From NCBI GenBank assembly GCA_038087875.1, contig CM075991.1, positions 4,712,001 to 4,776,000 of the forward strand: 64,000 nucleotides of DNA, given 5' to 3'. The notes under the pieces are model-generated. The model worked only from the letters and a program-made list of their open reading frames with translations. It did not search any database and was not told where the DNA came from. Of the stretch, positions 38,114 through 52,516 are shown piece by piece; position 1 is the stretch's first letter; every line of letters starts with the position of its first letter. Both the position numbers and the translations under genes were made by a program. The DNA comes from Malacoraja senta (Eukaryota).

Positions 38114-38444
38114 TGTTATGTATCTGTGATTGGGCTAAAGGGTTGCCTCCCACTGTATTTTCCCGCCACTATCTGTGATTGGTCGGAAGGGGTTGCCTCC
38201 CTCTGTACTTTCCCGCCGCTAATTTCCCGCTACGGTATATCTGTAAAAATGGGTGATCGGTTCGTTGGCACGTGTCGAATTTCTTTCTGTTCTGTCTGCG
38301 CCAGGCTACTGCGGGCTCGAGTGAGTGGATCAGAAATCGGCCCCGCAGTAAATAAAGGGTTTAGACTACAGTATTTGAATCGGTGCTTTTACTGACCCAG
38401 ACTGCGGGGGGTGGGGGGGGGGGGTAAAAGAACCGGAATCAACA
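38114..38444 (+). mobile_element. Possible solo LTR
   Basis: TGTT...AACA ends, duplicated unit of about 49 bp (38121-38168, 38170-38218) with ATTGG and TTTCCCGC, TATA-like motif, AATAAA near 38351. No TSD found. Confidence 0.45.
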
Positions 38445-38778
38445 GAGGTGGCCAGGAAAGGAGGGGACATTTTAGGAGTGGAATGGAAAATAAAAGTTAG
38501 AAGCATTTGGAAGTTCCAGCACAGCCTGGCGAACTGAATGCAGGTATTCTGAATATAGCCCCACAATCTGTGTTTAGTTTCTCCAACGCAGAGAAGATCA
38601 CATTGTGAAAACTGAATTGGAAAAATTGTAAGTAAGTTGCTGGAAAAACTGCTGGGGCCCTTAGGTTGTGGGAAGGGAAGAGATAAAATATCAAGTGATG
38701 TATCTCCATTGATAATGTGGGATAATCAAGTAGTTTTCGGCTCATTGTTACCGAGGCCAAATTTTTAAAAAGTGCCAG

Positions 38779-40090
38779 TTTTTTTTGTTTTTTATTTTTA
38801 ATTATTTTATTAGAAACGATTGTACAAGGATAAGGCAATCGACATAACAGTTATACAATTATTGTACAGCTTCATTTTCAACGTTAGAACCTAAATTTAA
38901 AAAAAGAAAAAAAGAGAGAAAAAAGAAGAGTGAAGAAAGAGAAGTAAAATAAGAAAGAGCGAGAAAAAGACCCGTAAGCTACCAAAGAAGTGCAAGCGAA
39001 AAGGAAAGAAATAAGAAAAAAAAAGATGGAATCTTTTCCGTCCCCCCCCCCCCCCCACCCCCCACCCATCCCTGGCATCGGGTTTAATTTTGTGTTTAAT
39101 CATTCTGTTGTTGCAGAAATTCACTAAAAGGGAACCATGTCTTAAGAAATTGATCTGCTTTTTCCGCCAAGACAAGCCAAATATTTTCCAAATATAGTGT
39201 ATCGGACATATCAGTAATCCACATCTTCACTGTAGGGACTGTTATCTGTTTCCAGAATTTGAGTATTAATTTTATCACTGTTATTAGGCCGTAGTTGAGG
39301 AGACTTCTTTGGAATATCGTTAATTTAGAGCAGGCATCTGACATACCTAAAGTGATCAGTTTTATATCTGGTTCCAATTTAATTTTAAGTATTTTGGAGA
39401 AGATATCAAATATTCCCCTCCAGAAGTTTTGTAATTTTATACAGGAGGCGAAGGAATGGGTTATATTCGCTTCTTGGAGGAGACATTTATCACAAATAGG
39501 AGAGACATTTGGGAAGGTCTTGTTTAATTTGGTCTTTGAATAGTAGAATCTATGCAGTATTTTAAATTGTATCAGGGTGTGCCGAACATTGAGAGAGCAG
39601 TAGTGTATGTATAGAAGGCTTTCGTCCCAGCTATCTTTTGAAATTAATAAACCCAATTCATCTCCCCATGCTCGCCTATGCCTCTCAGAAGATGGGATGT
39701 ATGCAGTTAAAAGAGTATTGTAAATGTAGGATATTAACTTTCTTGTATCAACATGTCTATTCATGCAGTCATCTAGTATATCTGGACCCATAGAGTGACA
39801 GTCTTGTGTATATGTTTTCGCATAGTCTCGGATTTGAAGATATCTGAAAAATTTACGTGTTTTCAAGTGATATTTCTCCTGTAATTCTTGAAACGAGAGG
39901 AAAATCCCCTTCTCGTAAAGATCTCCCACCGTTTCAATTCCTGAGTTTTTCCATTGTGCAAACGCCTTATCTAAAGTAGACGGTTTAAACAAGGGATTAT
40001 TAGCGATTGGTAAAAGGAGAGAGAAATTTCTCAGTTTGAGGTTTGATTTCAACTGTTTCCAAATTCGTAGGGTACTATGTATTATCGGAT
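38779..40090 (-). mobile_element. 5'-truncated L1 (ORF2 C-terminus, 3' UTR, A-rich tail)
   Basis: ORF 39096-40052 is homologous to 27622-28362 (QFKILHR, CDKC). TSD AAAAGT(G/A)CCAG at 38768-38778 and 40091-40101. Confidence 0.93.
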
Positions 40091-40867
40091 AAAAGTACCA
40101 GATTTACTTGATTATTTGAAATTAAATTCCCCAGCTGCCATGGTAGACTTTAAACTCATGTCTGTGGAATCCTTGTTGCTGTTCTATTGTGGTGAGAATG
40201 AGGTGGTAACGAGTGGTGGTCGTGAAGTTGCTGGGTTAAGTAGTGATCGTGAAAGGTTATCTGCTGTGATTTGGGGGCTGCTCAGTAAAGGAATTGAAAC
40301 CATTGTCTGGAGCATTGACTGTGGTGAGCAGGATTGGTTGTTGATTGAGAGTTGGTTGCCTGTTGGTGAAATGGAGGAGGGGGGGGGTTCTAAATTGGGT
40401 CGAGGTTGATATGTGAAATTGGAGTTGCTGTGTAAGGGATCTGTGGACCTATCATCATCATTATACTTGGGAGATCAGATCCTTGGAGTGCCAGGAGATG
40501 GTTTGGAGTGGTGAGGGTCAGTTGTGCTGGTGGTATGAAATGAGGTTGGGGACTCAAGGGACAGCAATTAAGCAAGTAGTTTAAAGGAAACCTCCCTGAA
40601 TCACATACAGGGCACTGGGCTGGGACACTCGGATAAATTATCTTTATATTGAACTAATGCAAAGAAAGCAACATAATTAGAGAGCACTCCTGAACTACTA
40701 TCTACCTCATTGGAGACCCCCGTACTTTCTTTGAACCATTTGGACAAATTTCTCCCTGGATATTTCTACACATGGATTGCAGAGAGATTGATGTGATTAC
40801 ATGCTGTGTGACCTGGAAAACATACTATCAATACAAAATGATGGAGTAACAGTGAGTCAGGCAGCAT

Positions 40868-41270
40868 CTGGAATTTAGAAGGATGACAGGGAATCTTATA
40901 GAAACATATGTAATTATTAAGGGATTGGACACCCTAGATGCAGGATACATGTTTCCGATGTTGGGGGAGTCCAGAACCAGGGGTCACAGTTTAAGAATAA
41001 GGAGTAGGCCATTTAGAACTGAGATGAGGATAAACTTTTTCACACAGAGAGTTGTGAATTTGTGGAATTCTCTGCCTCAGAAGGCAGTGGAGGCCGATTC
41101 ACTAGGTGCATTCAAAAGAGAGTTAGATAGAGCTCTTAGGGCTAGCAGAATCAAGGGATATGGGGAGAAGGCAGTAATGGGGTACTGATTGTCGATGATC
41201 AGCCATGATCACATTGAATGTGTGCTGGCTCGAAGGACCCAATGGCCTACTCCTACACCTATTGTCTATG
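40868..41270 (+). mobile_element. CR1 (HER1-like) 3' end inserted into a Penelope pLTR remnant
   Basis: ORF 40883-41188 RTRGHSLRI...FFTQRVVNLWNSLP. Flanks (caggcagcatct / tctctggagaaaagg) rejoin as the pLTR repeat. Confidence 0.9.
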
Positions 41271-43144
41271 TATCTCTGGAGAAAAGGAACGCAAGTATGA
41301 TTTATGATCAGATATGCTTGATTGAATTTTATGAATGGTATGAATCAATGTGGAAACATTGTACTTTCCTAATGTTCATCAGGTATTTCTTCATACCTGC
41401 TGCTCTGGGAAATAACATACAAGTTTTTGTTTGAATATTATTGAGGTTCTTATCATAAGGAAGCTTTGCTTGATTTTCTCTCTGCAGTTGATAATTTCAA
41501 AATCATTTAGTTGTAAAGGAGAATGAGTAAAATTAAAAAAAGCAAACTACTCTGCCAGAACCATAGGAGAGCCAAGTAGAAATGCAAGGAGGGTTAATTT
41601 TTTTAAACTTCATAGTTTCCAAAACTGATTTAAAAAATTGCTCTGTTTATTCATTATATAAACATGTATAAATATTTAGCAGAAGATTATTTGGAAAATC
41701 CAACACAAAAATGGATAAAGTTAAAAGTTGTGACTTTGAGTTAAGTGAATCTCTTTTAAAAATAAAATCAACCATTCCTCCCCCCAAAGAATTACTTCTG
41801 CAGTGCAATGCTCCAGAGCTGCCTCTTCTCCAAAATAGCTTGAACCTCTGTGGCTGAAAACTTAAATTGTAATATCTAATTTAAGGGAGCTATCTTACCT
41901 CTGATTCCCATCTTTCCAAACCGATTTCTGTAGCTGAGGTCAGGAACTCAACTGACAATTTCAGCAAAGACCTTGTGTTTGCATGGAAAAAAAAATAGAT
42001 TTTCTCTTTTGAAAAAGTTGCAGTCCATTTTTCCCCAAACTATGAATCTTACAACTCAGAAATTCACGGTACTTTTTGTCCACTTCATTATTTTTTTTCT
42101 GTTGAAAGCATTGGGTCCTGATCTCTGAGTTAAATACTGTGAGGCTTGTATCAAGTTAATATATCAGTCTACTTTACTTGGCCTGACTCAATAGAGAAAG
42201 CAGGATTATAACAGATTTCAAAAAAGATTTAAATTCTGAAGGATTGCTTTAAATTAGAAGGGACTGTCGATATTAAACACAGGTGCTGAAAGTTAGAAAG
42301 GGATGTAAACAGATGAATGAATGGTATAACAGTAGCAAATGGGCTTAAAAAGCAGTTTGTGATAGTTAACTTTGGACCAAGTGAGGAATTCCATTACTTT
42401 TGAAAATTGAGAATTTAGGGAAAGAAAGAGAATTGGAACAATGAAATGGATATAAAAAACAAAAAAAACTCTTAAGATATTGGCCATCAATCTAAGAAAA
42501 TTAGGATGCAATCATGGTCAAGTAAAAGTTCAGTCTATCAAGGTTTGTTATCCCAGCCTGGAATACGGTTCAATTTAGGTTCCATACCCCATGGAAGAGA
42601 CACTGAAAGGCCTAGATTCATCATAATCATAACTGGTCTTGGGGAGTTAAACTTCAAGGACAAATGCATACACCTTGTTTCCATTGTCATTCTGGGAAAC
42701 ATTTGTTTGGTAATTGATGCAATTACAATGTAAAAAAATGTTCATTAGGGAGTATGAAATTATTTTCTTTGGTAAGAAAATTAAATAAAGGGAAACTATA
42801 TTAGAACTAACCATTTTGAAGTGAAATCTGGTAATACTTACTCCCCACAATAGCTATAAAAAAACTTAACTTGTTTTCCCAAACAACTCTGGACTATGGA
42901 ATATTTCATGTCGAAGTGAATGATATTCATAGATATCTGTTAGCTGTTTCAGGAAATATTAATGCAAAAGTGAAGGAGGTATGGCATAAATGGCTATGAT
43001 TCGGTGCAATGGTGTACAATGGACTGAATGGCTTTTGTCTTAAGCTTATATCTATTTACCTTGTAAAGTAGTTATTCTGTAGAGCAATGTTTTAGCTGCA
43101 ATCATGCCAATTAATTATTGAGAAAACCACATTATTATATGTTT

Positions 43145-43405
43145 GGGTAGGATCTACAGATGTTTGTTCAGACTAAAGATGGACACAAAATGCTGGAGTA
43201 ACTCAGCAGGTCAGGCAACATCTCTGGAGAAAAGGAATAGGTCACATTTTTTGTCGAGACCCTTCTTCAGACTACCTGTAATCCCGGTTGGGTCAGAATT
43301 GTGAGGTTCTGAAGAAGTGTCTTGACCCGAAACGTCACTTATTCCTTTTCTCCAGAGATGCTGCCTGGCCTACTGAGTTACTCCAGCACTTTGTGTCTAT
43401 CTTTG
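43145..43405. mobile_element. Palindromic Penelope pLTR-derived element with 38-bp spacer and two opposed hammerhead-like motifs
   Basis: Inverted arms 43175-43270 and 43309-43404; 11-bp TSD ATTATATGTTT at 43134-43144 and 43406-43416. Confidence 0.85.
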
Positions 43406-43792
43406 ATTATATGTTTAAATTGCTGTTGCAAAAAACTGCAGAATATGCTATTCTGTTCAGAGCCTTTGCTTAATTGTAACTCTTGCCATTTTTCTTAATA
43501 TCAATGATAATTGGTACATTTTAGTTGCGCGCTATACGTCTATACGATGGGTGACTGGATGTGAATCACCAGGCTTTCTTCAAGCATCCCAGCTGAGCTT
43601 ATATAAATAGTATCTTTCCTGCGACCTCCTTTGATCTACCATAAATAGTTATATTATGGTAATATGTTTATTAACAAATCACAGATCACCTTTACTTGGA
43701 TTTTATTATCAATGCTGGCTTCATAATGGGAATTCCAGCAGCTATAGGTGCTAGCCTATCTCATGGTGGAGGATGTGCATGCAGATTGCATT

Positions 43793-43938
43793 GGCTATAG
43801 AAATCAAGGGATATGGGGAAAAAGCAGGAATGGGGTACTGAGTTTAGATGATCAGCCATGATCATATTGAATGGCGGTGCTGACTCGAAGGGCCGAATGA
43901 CCTAACCCTGCACCTATTTTTCTCTTTCTATGTTTCAT
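43793..43938 (+). mobile_element. CR1 (HER1-like) 3' UTR fragment
   Basis: atcaagggatatgggg...gatcagccatgatcatattgaatggcggtgc...gaagggccgaatg, as in the other copies. Confidence 0.85.
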
Positions 43939-46900
43939 GCACATATTTGAAACTGAAGATCAATGGGTTAGATAGAGGAAAGAGTGGTTCGTGGAGAGAA
44001 TAAGTTTGATAAGCCCATCAATGTGGGCTTTATTGGTACTTTAAAATTTGATGATAACATTTTAATCTCTGTTTAAAACACAAATATTGTGTTTGTGTCA
44101 ATAGAGTTCTAATCAAGTTTTAGCTTCAGGCAGGAATGATGCGTAACATGCTTAATTTTACAAATAGATTATTACTGAGATTAATATTTTGTGTACAAGG
44201 ATACTTCCAAAAATTCAAACTGAGAATGATTAATCTTTACTTAATTAGAGATAGTACAGAAATATTTTCTCAGTCTTGTGCAGTCCTGTTAGCAAAAGAG
44301 CTAAACTAAATGTTTGAAGTCAAATGATCAACCCATCATATGGTTTAACAGATTGCTGACAGTCAGTTATTAGTACTGTGAAGTTTTACTCACACAATAT
44401 TTTGTGCCTTCACTGTTTTACTTCATACAGCACAATTCCATACTGGTTAAATATTTGGTGTTTTCTCACTGCCAGGAGGAGATTCTTACTCTCAATTGAT
44501 AAGAGTTTTATTTTTTTAAATTTGTATTATTTGCCTTTGTTGTTGTAGCTTGGAAGCATTCCTATGGTCGGTACAAGATTTTAGGTGAAGCAAACAAAAA
44601 TGAGTGCCTTATATTTAAGTTTGTATTTCACATTTGAAAAAAAATATGGTCTACTCCTGCACCTATTTTCTATGCTTCTATGCTTCTATATTTAAATTCT
44701 TGTTCACATGCAAGTACGTCCACTGCTATAAAGTAAAACAATATTCCTGGAGCGTATGAGGCCCAGGAGTGACCTTAATTTCTTCGAAGCATAAGGAGTG
44801 ACCTTATAGAGGTATATAAAAAGCATAAGGAGTGACCTTATAGAGGGGCAGAGATAAGGTGAATTGTCACGATCTTTAGGGATATGAGGAAAATTAAGGC
44901 AAATGGGACTATCTCAGGCAGGTAACTTGATCTGCACGGGCGAGTTGAATGGAATGGCTTGTCTCTGTGCTGTATAACTATGACTACTATGTAAATAGCT
45001 TACAAATTATGAAGACAGCTATTCATAAGTAGGATAAAATGTGCACCGTTTGGAAGACGTGGACAGTTGTTTTCATCCTTTCATAGCACGTACAGTTACA
45101 GGCTAATTAACAGCTTACAAAGCTGCATAAGGAAACAAGTTTCCAAGCAGCAATCATCTTTATGTTCCTGAAATGGTGGTTGGTTGTCAATAGCAGGAGG
45201 GTGTTTTTGGTTCTTTTGAGATGCATGTTCATTCGATGTCAAATAAAAACTCAGAACTTTCATTCACCTAGACTGGAGCTGGGTTTCAAATTGTCACATT
45301 AACTAGTGTCACGTTTTTGAGGCTAGTACGTTGGAAACCTCTTTGAAGCAGTGCGCCTTCAAATTTAAAGCTAAAGGTTCCTTGGTTTAGCATTGTAAAA
45401 GTTGCTTTCTGAATTATACAATTCCCTTGGAAAAACCCTCCATTGTTTACACCAGTCTTAATTCCAATGATTCACCAGCACTCTGGACAAAATACTGAGT
45501 AGTTGATTTGAGCTGCTTGCCTGCAATGTTAGTTTTGGGTTGACACAAACTTTCTAGATTTCCCTTAAACAGAGTGGAGACAATTTGCTCAGGATCTCGT
45601 TGATAAACACAGTGTGGATTTCTTGATGCTAAATTGGAATAATGTTCAAATCGCCAGTATTGACCCCCTGTTATAAAGAAAAAAAGATCTTCATTTTATC
45701 ACTAATGACATTAACTTATAGAAACTTCCATTTTAATTTGCTCTTATTGAAAATAGTGAACAGAAATGTTGTTTTGTTTGGAATGCAGTGCGCTGACTAA
45801 TTTATGGTGTTATTTTATGGTTACAAAGAGTGACCTTGGGACAAGAAAATTGTAGTAAAAGAAAACGATGTGATTAAATGCCAGTCAAACTCCTGAATGG
45901 CTGTTAGCCAAGTGTAATTATTTTTGAATATTAACTAATACTGGCATACTTATGGGCATATGCCATCTATCGCTACAAAATATTGGCTTAATGTTCCCCA
46001 CTGCTTGATGCGTTTTCAACAATTTTCTTTCAGTCAAATCAATGTCTCACTCAACAGCCTTGAAAAGGAAGAAAACACATTCTTTTCTTGGCACATACAG
46101 TTGGGGAGCGAATAAGGGAAGGAAAAGGTTGACGTGATTGAGGATGCCTTTCGAAGATCAGAACCATGAGAAACATGGCTAAGAGAATCAGAAAAATGAA
46201 GAAATGCATTGATGTTATATGTACAGTTGATACAGTCTTTTCACCTTGATGTATTGCCATATGTAAGATAGGCATTTTATCATTGAGTGGAGGGAAGATA
46301 AAGCTGACAAGATCCAACTTGAAATATAAATTCTCTGACTGTTCATGGAATGTGATTTTAACTCCACTTTTTATTATTTTGATTTGACTCATCACTGAAT
46401 TTTGATGTAGGCAAAATTTTGGTTCGGCCCTGATCAACACAAATGGATGTAAAGAGTTTTTATGTTTTTGGTTGTCTCAGTTTAAAACAATATACAAAAA
46501 TAAAAATGAAGTTAAAAAAAGAATCTAAAATGTATTAAAAGAAATGGTAGTAGGAGAAAAGATGCCACTCATATCTTGGTAACCAAAATACAATTTAAAT
46601 GTCTTTAATTGCAAGAATTCATCTTCCTTTGAACAGTCTTGGTAACGAGCATTGCACTGTTATTTTAAACCATTACATTTCTGAATCTGGAGTTGGCAAA
46701 CACTACATATATCTCCATCTTCTTGGATATTCAAAGTGATTTTTCTTTTGGATGAGCTGATGGAAAGCAAGTTGTTGATCAAGAAGGCATACGAATTCTT
46801 ATGGGATATGGTGATGAGCTTATTATTGATTAGAATCACTACAAAGAAATGTTGCTGGTGGTATTGCAATGTAAAAATATTCTTTTGTTTTCATATTGGC

Positions 46901-47096
46901 TGACTGACTATGGGATTTACTCATTTAAAAATGCACTTATTTGCTTCATAATATTAAGCCTCCATCTTTGATAACTCATCATATTGTGTTAGCTTTACAG
47001 TTTGAGTCACATGATTACAACTTAGTAATTGTTGATACTGTTTGTTACAAAGCAGTTTTTTTTCATATATTTTCCCAATTATATATTTTTGAATAG

Positions 47097-47210
<114 letters not shown>

Positions 47211-47340
47211 TGAGGAGGGTGCATTGAATTAATTTCATTATTCCCTGGCAAATTTTATTTTATTCTTGTTTTGATATTTACAGCTAACTTGCCTGATTTC
47301 TTAGCTAAACTTCTAAACTGTCATTTTACATTCTAATCCT

Positions 47341-47920
47341 AGTGGCACAGGTAGTAGAGCAGCTGCTTCAGTTCCAGTGATCCAGGTTAAATCCTGACCT
47401 CTGGTGCTGTCTGTGTGGTGTTTCCATTGAGGACCTAGTTAGATCCTAACCTCAGGTGATGTCTGTACATCCTCCTTGTGAGAGTGTGGTTTTTTTCTGG
47501 CTGCTCTACTTTCCCCCCCACACTCCAAGGATGTGCAGGTTTGTAGGTTAATTAGCTTCAGTAAATTGTAGATTGTCTGTATTGTGTAGGATAGTGCTGG
47601 TGTACGGGGTGATTGCTGTTTAGCGTTGACTCAGTGGGCCGAAGGGCATTTTCCACCCTCTCAAGTCTAAAGTTCAAAGAGGAACGGGGAAGAGGAATCT
47701 ATGATTGCATGAGTTCCTTCTGGGTGCTCTGGTTGTCTCCCGCATCCCAAAAACATGCAGGTTTGTAAATAACTGGCCATTCCAAATTGCCATAGTGTAC
47801 AGATAAGTGGCAGGATCTGATGAGGTGAGGAGGTGATGGGCCTTAGGTTACAGGCAAAATTAGTGGAGGAATGGGAGGGTTCTCAGAGCCTGCATAACCT
47901 TGATGGGCCACATAGGTTTC
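47341..47920 (+). mobile_element. Two adjacent or nested old V-SINE copies
   Basis: tRNA-like head at 47341; cores at 47460-47580 and 47710-47800; tail gactcagtgggccgaagggc near 47630. Confidence 0.7.
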
Positions 47921-50879
47921 ATCTGTCTAAAAAGAAATATGCAGCTTTCCAGGGATTTTGTCATAATGTATGATGCATTTCTCTTGGCTGATACAGTGGT
48001 GATCTCTTTAATTGATACTGACGTATACTTGGGTATAATAAATATGATAGATACAATACTGTTAAAATTCTAGTCAAGTGACACCATTGATAGCTTTTAG
48101 TCCAGGAATGGAATGGGGTAGAACGATTTGATATTGAACTTCTGACTTCTATTTATAGAAACCTACTTATTTGATTCAAGAATGAAGCAGCATTGGTAAC
48201 CTGTTGATTCAATTATTTGATGCCAATAATTGAATTGTATGAGTAAAATGCCACAAAGTAAGCTTGTCAGAAAAGCTAAAGAACATCAACTGTGAATTTG
48301 AGCTAAAAGAGGCAATAAGCTACAATTGACTTTGCTGCAAAATGTAGAGGAAGTAGTGATTAGAGTATTTTTTTTTTTTTAGATTCATAAAAAGAATATG
48401 CTGCTGCTCACCTAGGGACCGCCCAGGGCAGGTTTATCAACATCACATCCTAACAATGAGGGACAAATGATGGGCAAGTGAGCATGGCTTATTGGTTGCA
48501 GGGCCACAGCAATGGTACACAGTATAGCAGAGGTCCTGAGATCAGCACAAATTTGATGGACTAAACTGTTGCCTTTTATTGTTGCCATTGTATGAAATGA
48601 CATTAACTGAGAAAGGAGAAAGAATCCGACCAGTAAATTCCAAAGGGAAAACTGTAGCCTCCTCAGAGAAAAAACATATTTTAAAAAAAGACGTTTTTTT
48701 CCCTTTTAAAAAGCTAGACCAGAGGACAAATAATTTCCAGTTCCATGAGTCAGGAACCAGAGACATTTCTCAGCTGTCCACCCTCAAAAACTGTTTCGAG
48801 CATCAGCTTAATCTCAGAATCTTTTAAGTTGACGTGACTGTGAAATCTAGTTGAAAGAATGAGGAAAGGATGATAGGTTGGATGGCCGCCAACTGGAGTT
48901 TGGTGTTCAGATATTGGTAGTTTGACTAGGAGGCAGAAATAAATTACTGGTAATTCTTGTATCAATCTACCACATGTATGAATATTATATTGGTGCCTTA
49001 ATGGATGGATTAAGTGAATGGTAATAATACATTGGCAATAAGGATTCCCAGGGCTATGATGTGGATGACCATGCTAAAGCATCATGATAGCAGTGAGGGA
49101 TTGGAGTTCTTTATGAAGAGTAGGTTGAAAAGCAAACTGCTATAAGGGTTCAACATCATGAAGGCTGAGGACAGTGAATGAAAAAGCACGGTTTTCATTG
49201 ACAAAACTGACAAAATGATGTGGATGTAAGGTGCTCAACAAAAATAAACAAAATGCCATGAGATAAACATCATGCAATGATGGTGATGAACTGGAAATCA
49301 CTCTGAAAGTCAGGTAGAAGCGGATGATATGGATTTCTGCAAGAAATTAGATAGTACTTAAACAGATATAAAAATAGTTAGGCTACAGAGTCAGTGCTCA
49401 TTGATTTGAGAGAATGGTCTCAATCGGACAAATGAACTCCTGTGCAATAACATTTTTATGATTTCTGAAAATATATTTTAATTAAAATGGATTAATCGTG
49501 TAGATCATTAATGTATTTGAACGGGAACTATAATATGATAATCATTTCATAGAAATATCCTGTGCATATTGTGTTTACTACACTATGAATGTCTGTTACC
49601 ACACATAGAACTTTGGCATGACTCACAGAATTAACATATAATGTTAGAGTTCTGGAACCAAAAATTAATAGACTTTGTGTCGGTATTATTTTGTTTAAGC
49701 AGAACAGGTAAGTCAATAAATAATGAGGCCATAATTCAGACTTCCAGCAGTTCATGTGAGCTGAGACAGATTAGAAGCAAACCATGTATTAGAGGAAGAA
49801 ATACGCAATTTAAATGTTGGAATAAATAAGTGGATGGAAGCAGCTGTTCAATGCTTTTTCATCAACAATGTTAAAATGGTCACTTCAATGCTTTGGCAAG
49901 TGATCTACCAGCATCTTAATGTCTGAAGTGGATTGTTTACTGATGATTGTACTGTGTTTAATCCCATTTGCAACTCTTCATCTGCATACACCAGGAGATG
50001 GTCAACCGTTGAACTTTAACATGTAGCAAGTTAAATGTGCACCACACAAACACTGAGTATACCCAATAGCTACTACTTGACATTCAACAGCATTATCTTT
50101 TACCATAGCCCCTGCAAGCACTCAAACATCTAACAATGTTCATCTAATATTGATCGGAAACTTAATGGCAGACCAGAAGTTGCTTTAAAAAAAAAAAAAT
50201 GACTCAACGTTCTATTCCTCAAAGCCTTTCTACTATCTACGAGATGTCAGGAGTGTGATGCCATGTCTGCACTCGTCTGGATGAGTGCAACTCCAACTTT
50301 AAAGATATTTGACACCGTTCAGGGTAAAACATGTCATTCATTGGCACCCTATTCTTGCCTCTAACCATTCATTCCCTTCATCTCTGCACTTTAGTCTTGG
50401 TGGGTACCAAAAGCAAGTTGTACTGCAAGGCTTCTTCACCAAAACCTCCAACTCTAATTGGAACGTCAGCCCTTGTAAGTTTCCCTGCAAGGTAAACGCC
50501 ATTTAAATTTGGAAATATACTAAAGTGTCTCAAAGTTGTAGAGCTCCCTGCCTGAGAGCACCAAGAAAACAGTGTTTTAAAAGTAACCCCATGACCATCT
50601 TCTCAAAGGAAATTAAAGATGTCCATTAAATTCTGGCCTTGCCAGTGTCATTTTTTTTGTCAAGAGAAAAACGGATCAGATTTTAGTGTTCCTCTGCAGC
50701 TTTGCTTCTTGCTAGCTAATTCTGCACATGCATTTATTCATTCTACCTCTTTGTTTTCTTAATTCCACCTGAATCTTCCCATCCCAAATGATTGCATTCA
50801 TATTTCTGATCGATTTCCCGTTGGTTGGTTCTCAACAAATATTGACCAGAGCCATTTTTTTTTCTTGATTCCTCAAGAA

Positions 50880-51368
50880 AATTCTGCTTTCGTGCTCTTA
50901 AATACACGCTCTTCTCCTCCGGCTGACCACGGCACCGGGAACCCGCCCAGAGGACCTGAAGGATCAGCCAACCACAACAGTGGGAACCTACCCGGAGGAC
51001 CCAAAAGCTTGGCGGACCACGATACCAAGAGGGAGCCACTGGAGACGTCGGATTCGAGGAGCAAGGAAGAGGGTGCCACCAGCACCTTCAAGGTCCGCTG
51101 CAGAAGGCGGGCCCTAGGGACAAAAAGATGGCTGGGCGAGGAGAGTGATGTCGGTTCACGGGCAGACCTGGTCGAAGGCGACAGAGCAAGGCCTTACTGG
51201 AGCCTTGGGCTTTCCTGGATTGGGAACCTGCTCCAGTAGTTCAGGTGGGCCAGACTTTGGAAATGGCGCCAGAACATGTCGCCAAAACTTGGCAGCGCCT
51301 GCATGTATAAACATGCAAAAAGAATTTGACTGTGCAGTTACACATGTGACAAATAAATCACCCTTGAA
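50880..51368 (+). mobile_element. GC-rich non-coding retroposon fragment with Rex1/Babar-like tail
   Basis: GC-rich block ending aaagaatttgactgtgcagttacacatgtgacaAATAAA. 5' boundary approximate. Confidence 0.5.
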
Positions 51369-52516
51369 ACATCCTGCTCACTAAGTCTGCAGCTGGCAAA
51401 TCACCATCTGATAAGATGGTGGTAACACCACAGGAGCTTCAGTATCAACTACTTGAATCAATGGAACATAGCACCAGCTATCTTACTTGTTCATATCGAT
51501 AACTCTTTGGTTCTCTGGCAGAAACAAAAATGACCTACTTAAGACTCCAGTGGTATTAAACCAACTCTGTTTAGCGAACAGTGTATTTACAATTTTCTAT
51601 TTCAAAATATTCAATGGATAAATATTGCTGTAAATGTACATGTTGTTTTGGGTGTGTCATTATATTCTTGAATGGTTGTTATCCATGTTTTAGTTAGAAC
51701 TGTACTTTTAGAAAGAACATTCTGATAATCAGTTGTACAAACTAAGAGCAAGTCTTGCAACAACAAGGTATGCTTTAATGCATAGGTTATCTGTTGACCT
51801 TTCTCAACCTTTTTATGTTTGAGTCCTGGCGGCAAGTAAATTCAAAAGGAAAAATTGGAAATTAATTCTGAACGGAAAATAGATTCTCCCGTAGCCAGCT
51901 TGACACCAGTATGAATGCAGTCGGAAGTCTGTAAACACGCACCCTCATTTGAAACAGTTTTCTGTATCCAAGCAACAGAGATCACACTAGTAAAGTGACA
52001 TCAAAGCTACTCTGTCATTCTGTCAGTCTGCCTTCAGATGCAGCATCCTTTCTGTAAAGCTGTATTTGGGAATCATAAACAATGTGCTTATACTGTGTGT
52101 GTGTATGCGCATATATATGACCTAGAGTTGGGTGATGTGGAAACATGTAAGACAAAGATTTGCGACCATAATTTCCCACACAATTATTTTTTTAATATGT
52201 CTGAATCATTGGAATAGGTAATAAACAGAGGTTGGCTGTTCAGTTACAAAAAGGAGAGGAAATATCCTTTTTTGCCACAAAGCACCCAGTCATATAGCTC
52301 CTTTAAGTTAAATATATTCCCTTCTACTACAATGGGATTCATGGTCACAGATATTGGAGGGATCAATTGAAACTGTGCATGAGGCCACAACTACAGAAAT
52401 ATGGATGGCTCGTAGAACTATAAGAGATGTCGGAGATAGTGAGAACTAGGCCACTGGAAAGATATTCAAAAATAAGATTTCAAAAATATTTTTTAAAGTG
52501 AGAGTCAGCACAGGCA

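Noticed and set aside
44766..44846. Repeated aggagtgacctta units
   Set aside because: Local duplication in a decayed CR1 fragment (RGDLIEVYK region); no sign of function.
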